64,000 nt of DNA, taken from positions 1,536,001-1,600,000 of the forward strand of contig CAVZYA010000002.1 in NCBI GenBank assembly GCA_963779415.1, written 5' to 3'. Position 1 is the first letter of the stretch, and each line of letters starts with the position of its first letter. Position numbers and translations under genes: made by a program. This document shows positions 49,763 to 57,898 of this stretch, one piece after another. Under the pieces are notes generated by a model. It did not search any database. It was not told where the DNA came from and was given only the letters and a program-made list of their open reading frames with translations. Origin of the DNA: an uncultured Acidobacteriota bacterium. GTDB taxonomy: Bacteria > Acidobacteriota > Thermoanaerobaculia > UBA5066.

Positions 49763-50410
49763 TCAGATCGACCGCTCCATGAGAATGGTGGCCTCCGCAC
49801 TCTCGATAGACGCGAAGACTGCCTGGCCATGGAACTGGAAAGTCTTGTAGGGTGCGGACAGAACGTCGTTGAAGCCCAGCTTCCGGAAGACATGCTGGGA
49901 CACACTGCCTGTCGCTTCGGTGACTGCGGTGCGGTAACCAAGGTGCTCACCATTAGCGAGGCAGCTTGAGATGAGCTGGTGGGCGATACCTCTGCCAGAA
50001 GCTGAGCGCGCGACACCTAGCATGAACAGGTGGAGGTGTGTGCCGGGGGCAATGTCCCGTGTGGCGCGGTACGAAGTGTCGAGGCTGTCGAGCAAGGCGC
50101 CGATCGGAGCGAAGGTGGGTGCAAGAAGGTGGAGACCGTCTGGCGTTGGCGTGCCGAAGTCATCGGTGAGCAGTGCACCGACGAGATCGCCCGTGAAGGT
50201 GTCGCGTGCGACCAGGGTGAGCCGCTCAGAAAGCGCCTTCGGGACGAAAGCCGGCAGGAAGCCCTGGATTTCGGCTATGGAAAGACCGAGTGCCACGGCG
50301 GGCGGGTCATAAAGGCTGAACACCTCAGCAAGCAGGCGAACCATGGAATCCGCTTCTGGCGCTTGGAGGAGCCCGTATTCGATATCACCGACAACACTGA
50401 GAGGAATCAT
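49763..50410 (-). CDS. GNAT acetyltransferase cassette (AANAT-like)
   Basis: HLFMLGV...SGRGIA, TEATGSVSQHVFRKLGF. Confidence 0.85.
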   Translation of the reverse strand: MIPLSVVGDIEYGLLQAPEADSMVRLLAEVFSLYDPPAVALGLSIAEIQGFLPAFVPKALSERLTLVARDTFTGDLVGALLTDDFGTPTPDGLHLLAPTFAPIGALLDSLDTSYRATRDIAPGTHLHLFMLGVARSASGRGIAHQLISSCLANGEHLGYRTAVTEATGSVSQHVFRKLGFNDVLSAPYKTFQFHGQAVFASIESAEATILMERSI

Positions 50411-50424
50411 GTGTCTCCTGGGCC

Positions 50425-50490
50425 ACCTAACGCTTCGCCGATAACCTGCGGGGCGCGAAGCGATCCGTCAGGTTCATCGGCAGGTTAGGC
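50425..50490 (-). other. attC site (66 bp)
   Basis: ACCTAAC...CCGATAACCTG...CAGGTT(C)ATCGG CAG GTTAGGC. Confidence 0.9.
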
Positions 50491-50627
50491 AGTGCGCCTC
50501 GCTGCCAGATATCGTGGTTCTGCGTGAAGTGGGTACTCGTCCATTCGACCTCGCAATAGCCCCTTCGGAGAAATCCGGAGGGGTCTTCGCATTCGGCCGC
50601 CGTTGACGCACAGTTTGGCAGATAGGG

Positions 50628-51305
50628 CTAGAGAGAGATCGACGGGTTGTGCGCATATTTCAGGCAGCCTCGGAACCTGCGCGCCCAGATTCGCTTGAGG
50701 AGCAGCTTCCGTACGAGCCATGGCATCCCTGCGAAATGAAACTTCTGCTCGTCGTCGGTGAGGGAGTGCACGAGCAGCATGAGTACCGACGGGCCGCCGA
50801 CGCGCTGCCCGTGCTTCGACGATCGCACCTCGAGCGCGAGGACCTCGTCGGCGCGCAGCAGCTTCGCCAGGGCCGTCCCGTCGAGCGCCGACTCCTCCGC
50901 GTCGAGGTGCGGGAACAGAACGTTTCGAACTTCGTCCGCTGTCCGATGCAGCGTCTCGTACGATCCGCCCTTGCGGAACTGCGCCGTGGCCGTCTCGAAC
51001 GCGCTCAAGCGGCCGAGGAGCTTCTCGTGATCGGCGCGCCAGCCCACGACGTCCGAGGCGTACGCGGGCAGCGAGGCGCGTGCGGCGACCTCCGTCAGCT
51101 TCGGGAAGATGATCTTCTCTTCACCGTCGTGGTGGGTGTGCAGGAAGCGCGTGAAGAGCGCACAGAACTCGGCGAAGTCGGCGCGATCGCCCTCGGGCAC
51201 GGGGGCGGCTGAGACGCGCACGATCGTTTCGAGGCTGCGCCGAAGAGCTGTGTGGATCCGGATCAGGCTCTGGGCCATCAGGTCAGACGGCGCCGACGCG
51301 TTCAT
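50628..51305 (-). CDS. Hemerythrin-domain protein
   Basis: IHTALRR, HHDGEE, DH, HLDAEE. Confidence 0.85.
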   Translation of the reverse strand: MNASAPSDLMAQSLIRIHTALRRSLETIVRVSAAPVPEGDRADFAEFCALFTRFLHTHHDGEEKIIFPKLTEVAARASLPAYASDVVGWRADHEKLLGRLSAFETATAQFRKGGSYETLHRTADEVRNVLFPHLDAEESALDGTALAKLLRADEVLALEVRSSKHGQRVGGPSVLMLLVHSLTDDEQKFHFAGMPWLVRKLLLKRIWARRFRGCLKYAHNPSISL

Positions 51306-51544
51306 GGGGTCACCATGGCCGACGGGCGGCCGAGCGGAAGACCTTCGCACGTCTCGAACGGGGTGCTTGACATGCCTCCACGCTACCACGAACGCGCCGA
51401 CGCAACTTCGAGATGACCACTCAATGTCGCGTGTATCTTCGCTGGGTGTTTCTGCCCAAAGAGCGAGCCGGCTTCGTCAGGTTCTTCGGCACATCGGGCT
51501 TCGACATGATTCAAGTCTGTCTAACGATAGGACCTTGCTCCGGT

Positions 51545-52384
51545 TTAGTTGACACCGCTGTGGATAGGGGCCTGGGCTTCGAAGATGGCCGGAGGAAGGT
51601 ACCCAAGCGACGAATGGAGCCGCTTCTGATTGTAGAAGCGGACGTAGTCGAGGAGGGCCGTCCTGAGTTCGGAGTCGGTCTGGAGCGTCATTCCGAAAAG
51701 GCACTCCGTCTTCAGCGAGTGAAAGAACGACTCCATGTGAGCGTTGTCGTTCATCTGCCGCGGGCGATTCATGCTCTGTAGAAAGCCCCGGCGGGACAGC
51801 GAGGCTCGAAGGTCGAGGGCGGCGTATTCGATTCCCCGGTCGCTGTGGAAGGTGACGCCGGGGGAGGGGCGCCGCCATCGGACGGCGTGAGAGAGGGCGC
51901 GCCGGGTGAGCGAAGCGTCCCGATTCCGGCCCAGGCTCCAGCCGAGGACCCTTCGGGAGTGCCGGTCCATGACGACGGCGAGGTACCACCAGCGGCCGGC
52001 GACCCGGACGTAGGTGACGTCCGCCACCCAGAGCTGGTTCGGGCTCGTTGTCGTGACGCCGTGGACCGTGTTCGGATGCACCCGATAGAACGCTTTCTGA
52101 CCCACCCGCGACCGGCGATAAAGACGGGCCGAGCGGCCCTGGAGTTGCGCCAGCCGCATCAGGCGGGCGACCCTTCGGCGGCCGACCGGGACCCCTTGCC
52201 GCCCGAGTTCCCGCGTCACCCGGGGGCTGCCGTAAAGCCCCCTGGCCTCCTGGAACACCGCGAGAACCCGTTCGGTCATCGCCGCATCAGACGCCGTTCG
52301 GCGGCTCGGTCGTCTGCTCCGCCAGGCATAGAACCCGCCCCGCGTGACGCCGAACCTCCTGCACATCAGGCTCACCGGGAACAA
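51545..52384 (-). CDS. IS3 OrfB DDE transposase
   Basis: YGSPRV, WVADVTY, FHSDRG, DNAHMESFFHSLKTE; probably joined to OrfA by a -1 frameshift. Confidence 0.93.
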   Translation of the reverse strand: MFPVSLMCRRFGVTRGGFYAWRSRRPSRRTASDAAMTERVLAVFQEARGLYGSPRVTRELGRQGVPVGRRRVARLMRLAQLQGRSARLYRRSRVGQKAFYRVHPNTVHGVTTTSPNQLWVADVTYVRVAGRWWYLAVVMDRHSRRVLGWSLGRNRDASLTRRALSHAVRWRRPSPGVTFHSDRGIEYAALDLRASLSRRGFLQSMNRPRQMNDNAHMESFFHSLKTECLFGMTLQTDSELRTALLDYVRFYNQKRLHSSLGYLPPAIFEAQAPIHSGVN

Positions 52385-52728
52385 GCTCCGGTTCGCCTCG
52401 AGGAACGCGAAGACGTCCCCCGTAACTCGCGGGCGAACCGGATCGCTCTTTTTAGGAGTTCGTGCTCCATCTTCAGCCGCTTGTACTCGCGCTCAACCTC
52501 CCGTAGCCGTTGGAGCTCACCCACGGCTTTCACGTCCAGAGCCGGCAAGGCACCACGAAGCTCACCGTCCCGAGCCTGCTTGCGCCAGCGCGACAGCATG
52601 AACGGGTGAATGCACAGTGACTCCGTCACGTCCCGGACCAGAACGCCGGGCTGCTGACTCAGTTGAACAGCCCGCAGCTTGAACTCCTGGCTGTAGCTTC
52701 TGACTCTCCGGGGTCCTGCTTTTCCCAT
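52372..52728 (-). CDS. IS3 OrfA (HTH)
   Basis: YSQEFKLRAV, LSRWRKQ, leucine zipper. Confidence 0.9.
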   Translation of the reverse strand: MGKAGPRRVRSYSQEFKLRAVQLSQQPGVLVRDVTESLCIHPFMLSRWRKQARDGELRGALPALDVKAVGELQRLREVEREYKRLKMEHELLKRAIRFARELRGTSSRSSRRTGACSR

Positions 52729-52856
52729 CGTGACCTCTCTAGTTAGCTCAGAGTGTCAACGATACCGAAGCAACCTCCGAGTCCGCTGCAACGCGTGGTT
52801 AGACGGCATACGGTGGGGCGATGGCGGTGCGGGATGCAGAGCGACCGCCGCTAGAT

Positions 52857-53129
52857 CTAGGTTGACTGACGCACGGCAGCTGTCTCGTTGCGCTGAGCCG
52901 CCTTGGCGCCGGTATAGATGAACAGCGATACGCCGAGCAATATCGCCGGCAACAGAGTTCCTGCGGCGAGGAGCGGCAGGAAAGATGCGTCCGACGGAAG
53001 GCCCGCCTGGATAAGCAGCACGCGAAGAGCCCAGGCCACGAATGGACATGGGACAGCGAGAATGAACCAGAGACGAGCCCACCGAAAAAGCCGCGACGAT
53101 TTGGACGACGAGGCGTGTTCTCGAAACAT
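52857..53129 (-). CDS. Small 2-TM cassette protein
   Basis: ATG 3 nt after the GTTAGAC core; cassette bounded by 12-bp inverted GTTAGACGGCAT. Confidence 0.6.
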   Translation of the reverse strand: MFREHASSSKSSRLFRWARLWFILAVPCPFVAWALRVLLIQAGLPSDASFLPLLAAGTLLPAILLGVSLFIYTGAKAAQRNETAAVRQST

Positions 53130-53253
53130 GCCGTCTAACGATAGGCGTTCAGCGGCGAGCGAAGCGAGATGGAATGAGAAGGCCGGCCTCCCGTCGCAGT
53201 CTGAAAATCAGCTGCAGGTCAGACGGGCTCGAGGCCCAGAGAGGAGACCGGCC

Positions 53254-54406
53254 ATGAGGAAGCGTAGCACCGGAGCGGCGACGATGGACCCAACCCCGAA
53301 GAGGACGAGGAGGTACGAAGGGACGGAGACGGAGGGCAGGGTGTCCTCGAGCAACCTGACCGTGGGCGTGGACCTTGGGGATCGGGTGAGCCACGTGTGT
53401 GTGCTGGACTCCAAGGGAGAGATCGTCGAGGAGATGCGTGTGGCAACGACGAGGAGCGGGTTGAGGCGAGCGCTGGGCGGCGAGCGCCTCGGGAAGTGCC
53501 GGATCGCCATGGAGGTCGGGACGCACTCGCCGTGGGTGAGCCGACTGCTCGAAGAGATGGGGCACGAGGTGCTGGTGGCCAACCCGCGCAAGCTGCGGTT
53601 CATCTACCAGAGCCGCGGCAAGACGGACCGGGTGGACGCACGATCGCTGGCGCGGGTGGCGAGGATGGACCCGGCGCTGCTCTCGCCGGTGGAGCATCGG
53701 TGCGAGCCGTTCGCGCAGGACCTGGCCGTGCTGCGGACGAGGGACTTGCTGGTGCGGACCCGGGTGAAGCTGATCGGGCATGCGCGGGGAGCGGTGAAGG
53801 CCACGGGACACCGGTTGAAGGCGAGCTCGACGCGGAGCTTCACCGTCGAGGCCGGACCGATGCTTCCGGAGGAGCTGAAGGAGACGCTGGGGCCCGTCCT
53901 CTCTGCGATCGACGCCGTGTCGGAGCAGATCCGCGCCCTGAACCGGAAGGTTCGCGAGCTGGCGAAGAAGAAGCACCCGGAGACGGAGCTGCTGCGGCAG
54001 GTGCCGGGAGTGGGCTTCATCCTGTCGCTGGCGTTCGTCCTGACGCTGGAGCGAGCGGACAGGTTCGAGAAGAGCCGGATGGTGGGGCCGTACCTCGGGC
54101 TGGTGCCCGGACGCCGGCAGAGCGGCGACAGCGATCCGCAGCTGAGGATCACGAAGGAGGGCGACGACTTCGTGCGCCGCCTGCTGGTCCAGGCAGCCCA
54201 GTACATCCTGGGACCGTTCGGCCCCGACTGTGACCTTCGTCGGTTCGGCCTGGCGCTGGAGGCACGCGGCGGAAGGTACGCCAAGAAGCGAGCCATCGTC
54301 GCCGTGGCCCGGAAGCTGGCGGTCCTTCTGCATCGACTCTGGAGCTCGGGAGAGGTCTACGACCCGGCTCGCCAGGTGCGCCCGGCCCGACGCATCGGCG
54401 GCGTAG
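53254..54406 (+). CDS. IS110 DEDD recombinase/transposase (likely +1 frameshift near 54385)
   Basis: GVDLG, AMEVG, KTDRVD, VPGVG, YLGLVPGRRQSG; GAGGAG RBS; likely true end ...PDASAA* at TAG 54404-54406. Confidence 0.9.
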
Positions 54407-54504
54407 AGAACGACGAGAGTTTCTTAGAAAGAAGAGAGAGACGGGAGCCCCGACAGTCGGGAACGGTGAGAAGGAACGCAATACATGGAATCGAATCGAC
54501 GCCC

Positions 54505-54660
54505 TGTCTGGGCGACTGCGAAGCGGACTCGGGTCCGGAGGGCCATCCGGCTGCTCCAAGAAGACCGACAGCGAGATGGCAGCGCCCTTTCAGCTCGGAC
54601 ACCCTCATGCACCGAGCGCCGCAGCGCGGCGACGAGAGTGCGAATGGAAGCGAGGTGATC
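54505..54660 (+). ncRNA. Putative bridge/seek RNA of the IS1111 element
   Basis: Two stem-internal-loop units carrying AGCGGACT, AGCGAG (target) and ATGGAAG (donor) matches; boundaries approximate. Confidence 0.75.
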
Positions 54661-54700
54661 GATTCGACGTCCCCAGGGAGACCGAGCCCCCGCTTCTCAC

Positions 54701-54706
54701 TTGACA
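54701..54706 (+). promoter_or_regulatory. -35 box of the IS circle-junction promoter
   Basis: TTGACA just inside IRR; a GAAGAT -10 would form 18 bp downstream only after end joining. Confidence 0.65.
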
Positions 54707-54751
54707 CGACCGGGCCTTCTCATGGAAGTCCGCTGCAGCGCGGGGTTAGGC

Positions 54752-55248
54752 GGCAGCGCCAGAAGACGTGGGCGGCGAATAGCCCAGCAGGATGCTGCGC
54801 AAGAAGACGGCCGTCCCGAGGCGTTACCGGAACCGCGACAATGCTGCCCATTCCAAGGGCGGTAACGATGAAGATGGAGAAAGAACAGGAACACGCCCCA
54901 GGCGTCTTCTAGCGGAGGTGGGAAGACCCATCTGAAAGGACGATAAGAGTGGCGTAGAGGGACGACGGTGCCGCCCACAAAGAACGATGCCTCCGAACAG
55001 GAAGCTGTGCCTGATGCTCGACATGCGGAAGGCTCTGAGTTAGAGGCGTCCAGAGGAGTAGGCCAAAGCGGCGACCAGGAATGCTCCCGGATAGCGGAGA
55101 GCGAGAAGACTCGGACGCTCATGAAACCCTGCCGCGCGGAGCGTAACCAGGTTAGGGCGGGATGCCCCAGGACACCCCAAGTAAGGGCGAATGCTGCAAC
55201 GAGCGAATGCTGAAACACGGAGCTTTGTAGAAAGCGAGGTCGCGACAT
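54752..55248 (-). pseudogene. Cassette membrane-protein gene with several frameshifts
   Basis: ATG 55248 just after attC; hydrophobic segments spread over three frames; cassette bounded by inverted GTTAGGCGGC. Confidence 0.45.
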
Positions 55249-55257
55249 GAGGTCGCC

Positions 55258-55337
55258 GCCTAACGATATCGAGTTCAGCGGCGAAGAGGAAGGAGCGCAG
55301 CGACTGACGATGAGTCCGCTGCAATGAGGTGTTAGGC
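55258..55337 (-). other. attC site (80 bp)
   Basis: GCCTAAC GATATCGA GTTCAGC...GAGTCCGCTGCAAT GAGGT GTTAGGC. Confidence 0.92.
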
Positions 55338-55725
55338 GGCAGTGGTGGACGAACGAGCAGGGCCTGAATGGCCCGCCAGTGACGCCGGGCTCCGAACATT
55401 GCCCCCGGCCGAGGGAGATGGAGAGAAACGGAGAACGCGCGAGAGAGAGATGGTGCTTTGATTTGGCCGAGGATGACTCGCGAAGCCACGTGAGGTTCGA
55501 AACGGCCCACTGAGCCGCTGGCGATAGCAGATTGCGTGACACGGCAGGCGCGACTTCCTCCCTACAGATTGTGGCGAGGTTTCCTAACGAGTAACCGGAC
55601 GCCGTAAGCACCGCTGCGATACGCGCGTAGTCCGTGGGTTGCAACTCGGTGTCGAGCCAGAATTCCGACAGCGCCTGCCATACAGGCTGACGTCGCTCGA
55701 CATCAAGAAGGGCGTCACTCAGCAC
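55338..55725 (-). CDS. First cassette: DUF7079-like hypothetical protein (3' end frameshifted or uncertain)
   Basis: RRQPVWQALSEFWLDTEL...SGYS...EEVAP...NLLS; GTG 7 nt after the core site. Confidence 0.6.
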
Positions 55726-55732
55726 GTTCGCC

Positions 55733-55776
55733 GCCCAACTAGTAGTAGACGGACGTTGACAAGGGTGGATAGACGG
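55733..55776 (-). other. Putative attI
   Basis: - strand CGTCTAC-TACTA-GTTGGGC (degenerate L, 5-bp spacer, R); no attC hairpin; extra TAGACGG repeats. Confidence 0.7.
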
Positions 55777-55936
55777 AAGAAACGTCGGTGTAGCGGCCGG
55801 GGAGGAAGTGCGACGGCGAGGCGGGAAGCCCCTGATTAGACGGGCTTTCTCGCTGACAGGATTGCGCAGACTCTGGAGTGATAGGCCGAAAAAGATTCGG
55901 CTTAGTGCCGTCGGTGTTAGGCCGACGACAAGAGGG

Positions 55937-56902
55937 TCAGAGCGCATCGAGGGGGCTCCGGACACCGCGTCCTCCTGCCTGGTTCAGGACGTGAGTGTAG
56001 ATCATCGTGGTCGTCACATCCCGGTGTCCCAGCAGCTCCTGGATGGTCCGGATGTCGTAGCCCCCTTCCAGGAGATGCGTCGCGAAGGAGTGGCGGAAGG
56101 TGTGGCAGCTGACCGACTTCGGGATGCCGGCTTTCCCGGCCGCCTCCTTGACCGCTTTCTGGATGGTCGTCTCGTGAAGATGGTGGCGGCCGGTGCGTCC
56201 GGTGCGCGGATCGGTGCTGAGGCCGGGCGCCGGAAAGGCGTATTGCCAGGCCCACTGCCGGCTCGCGGCCGGGAACTTCCGCGTCAAAGCATCGGGGAGC
56301 CACGTCTCGCCGAGACCGCGCTTGAGATCGGCGTCGTGAAGAGACTTCACCTCGACCAGATGCTGGCGAAGCGTCTCGGAGAGGGAGGCCGGAAGCATCG
56401 TCCGTCGGTCCTTCTGCCCCTTGCCGTCGCGGACGAGGATCTGGTTGAGGGCGAAGTCGAGGTCCTTGACGCGGAGGCGAAGGGCCTCCATCAGCCGCAG
56501 GCCGCTGCCGTAGAGAAGGGTGGCGACGAGGCGCGGGGCGCCGTCGAGGCGGGAGAGGACGGCCTTGACCTCGGCGGGGGTGAGGACGACGGGAAGGCGC
56601 GCGGGGCGGCGGGCGCGGACGACGTCGCCGAGAGACTCGAGCGGCTTCCCGAGGACGTCGCGGTAAAGGAAGAGCAGGGCCGAGAGCGCCTGGTTCTGGG
56701 TGGAGGCGGCCACCTTCTTCTTCACCGCGAGGTCGGTGAGAAAGGCATTGATCTCGGCCTCGCCCATCTCGTCCGGATGGCGCTTGCCGTGGAAGAGGAC
56801 GTACCTTCGGACCCACGCGACGTAGGCCTCCTCGGTCCGCAGGCTGTAGTGTCGCGCGCGGAGGGCGGCGCGGAGGCGGTCGAGAAGGCGGGGCTTGTCC
56901 AT
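55937..56902 (-). CDS. intI: Integron integrase
   Basis: [31 protein letters not shown] and the IntI-specific insert [24 protein letters not shown]. Confidence 0.97.
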   Translation of the reverse strand: MDKPRLLDRLRAALRARHYSLRTEEAYVAWVRRYVLFHGKRHPDEMGEAEINAFLTDLAVKKKVAASTQNQALSALLFLYRDVLGKPLESLGDVVRARRPARLPVVLTPAEVKAVLSRLDGAPRLVATLLYGSGLRLMEALRLRVKDLDFALNQILVRDGKGQKDRRTMLPASLSETLRQHLVEVKSLHDADLKRGLGETWLPDALTRKFPAASRQWAWQYAFPAPGLSTDPRTGRTGRHHLHETTIQKAVKEAAGKAGIPKSVSCHTFRHSFATHLLEGGYDIRTIQELLGHRDVTTTMIYTHVLNQAGGRGVRSPLDAL

Positions 56903-56913
56903 GGCGTTGCTTC

Positions 56914-57339
56914 TTACTTCCGTGCCGATCCTGCTCTTTCTTCCCCGCTCTTGCGCTTCGTGCGGCGGCGGGACTCCGGCCGCCGGCGTGGCCGGGCTCC
57001 CTTTGGCCGGGCATGTCTCGGCTCGTAGACGCCGAGCGTCCCCCCGCCGGGGAGGGTGACCCGGGTCAACAGCCCCCAGCCCAGGTTCTGAACGGGACTG
57101 CAAGGAACCCCGTGCCGGGCCATCGCGGAGACGAACGCTTTGGCGTCTTCGCAGATGAAATAGAACTCGTGGAGGTCGTTCTTCCGGGACGGATGAACCG
57201 CCACCTCCGCGGGCGGCAGGCCGAAGATGAGCCAGCTGTCGCCGACATCGACGTGCGGGAGCCGGAGGACGTCCCGAAGGAAGGCCCGGTCGGCCTCGGG
57301 CTTGCGGCTGTAGATGATCGAATGGGCGCCCGTGATCAT
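56914..57339 (-). CDS. VOC/glyoxalase family protein
   Basis: [11 protein letters not shown]...[10 protein letters not shown]...GWG...LGVYEPRH. Confidence 0.85.
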   Translation of the reverse strand: MITGAHSIIYSRKPEADRAFLRDVLRLPHVDVGDSWLIFGLPPAEVAVHPSRKNDLHEFYFICEDAKAFVSAMARHGVPCSPVQNLGWGLLTRVTLPGGGTLGVYEPRHARPKGARPRRRPESRRRTKRKSGEERAGSARK

Positions 57340-57347
57340 GTGAGCCT

Positions 57348-57827
57348 CTATTTTTCTTTCGCCTGCGCCGCCGCGCGGCGGGCCATCTCCTCGGGGGAGA
57401 CGTCCTCGATGTGGGTGGCGAAGCCCCACTGGTGGCCGAAGGGGTCCTTCAGGAAGCCCATCCGGTCGCCGTAGAACTTGTTCGTCACGGGCTGCATCTC
57501 GGTGGCGCCGGCCGCGAGGGCCCTCTTGAAGAAGGAGTCGACGTCCTCGACGTAGACGAGCATCGAGAAGGACGTCCCTCCGAGCGTGTCGGGGGAGAGC
57601 GCGTGCATGGCCGCGTTCTCGTCGGCCAGCATGACGCGGGCCTTGCCGACGGAGAACTCGGCATGCCCGACCTTCCCGTCGGGGCCGTCCATGCGGACCT
57701 CCACCTTGGCTCCGAAGGCGCGCTTGTAGAAGTCGAGGGCCTTCGCGGCGCCCCGGATGTAGAGGTAGGGGGTGGCCCCCTCGGCGCCGGCGGGGATGGG
57801 GGCGGGTTTGGTGGCGGCTGTGGTCAT
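57348..57827 (-). CDS. VOC family protein (PhnB-like)
   Basis: TPYL...[31 protein letters not shown]; AAGGAG RBS. Confidence 0.9.
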   Translation of the reverse strand: MTTAATKPAPIPAGAEGATPYLYIRGAAKALDFYKRAFGAKVEVRMDGPDGKVGHAEFSVGKARVMLADENAAMHALSPDTLGGTSFSMLVYVEDVDSFFKRALAAGATEMQPVTNKFYGDRMGFLKDPFGHQWGFATHIEDVSPEEMARRAAAQAKEK

Positions 57828-57898
57828 GGTCGTCTCCTTTCCATGGGGCTTTTCGTTGAGATCCGGTCTCGATTGTTCCTCTCGTTTCACCGGATTGC

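Larger units (their letters stand above)
51530..52778 (-). mobile_element. IS3-family insertion sequence (1249 bp)
   Basis: 26-bp imperfect IRs GGACCTTGCTCCGGTTTAGTTGACAC / GGAGGTTGCTTCGGTATCGTTGACAC (21/26), overlapping orfA and orfB. Confidence 0.93.
51519..52804 (-). other. attC interrupted by the IS3-family element
   Basis: Left remnant GTCTAAC GATA (51519-51529); right remnant GAGTCCGCTGCAAC GCGTG GTTAGAC (52779-52804). Confidence 0.8.
53167..54728 (+). mobile_element. IS110-family (IS1111 group) element inserted in attC
   Basis: Subterminal 11-bp IRs ATGAGAAGGCC (53174-53184) / GGCCTTCTCAT (54713-54723); AG core at both junctions; ~300-bp 3' non-coding region. Confidence 0.93.
53133..54751 (-). 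other. attC interrupted by the IS110/IS1111 element
   Basis: Removing the IS restores GTCTAAC GATAGGC GTTCAGC GGCGAGCGAAGCG-AG-TCC GCTGCAGC GCGGG GTTAGGC. Confidence 0.92.

Noticed and set aside
51519-52804. IS3 insertion by staggered cuts across the folded attC hairpin
   Set aside because: The two breakpoints are roughly a dozen bp apart in the fold, not the 3-5 bp stagger expected.
52918-54912. 664-aa extended IS110 transposase
   Set aside because: The ORF runs through both attC halves and the structured non-coding region. The real start has an RBS at 53254, and a natural ...AA* end lies in the +1 frame.
47237-55337. CRISPR-like repeat array
   Set aside because: The repeats are variable-length palindromes separated by whole genes, that is attC sites, and there are no cas genes.
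54697-55965. 422-aa ORF spanning the first cassettes
   Set aside because: It reads through attI and attC sites and is a chimera of separate cassette genes.
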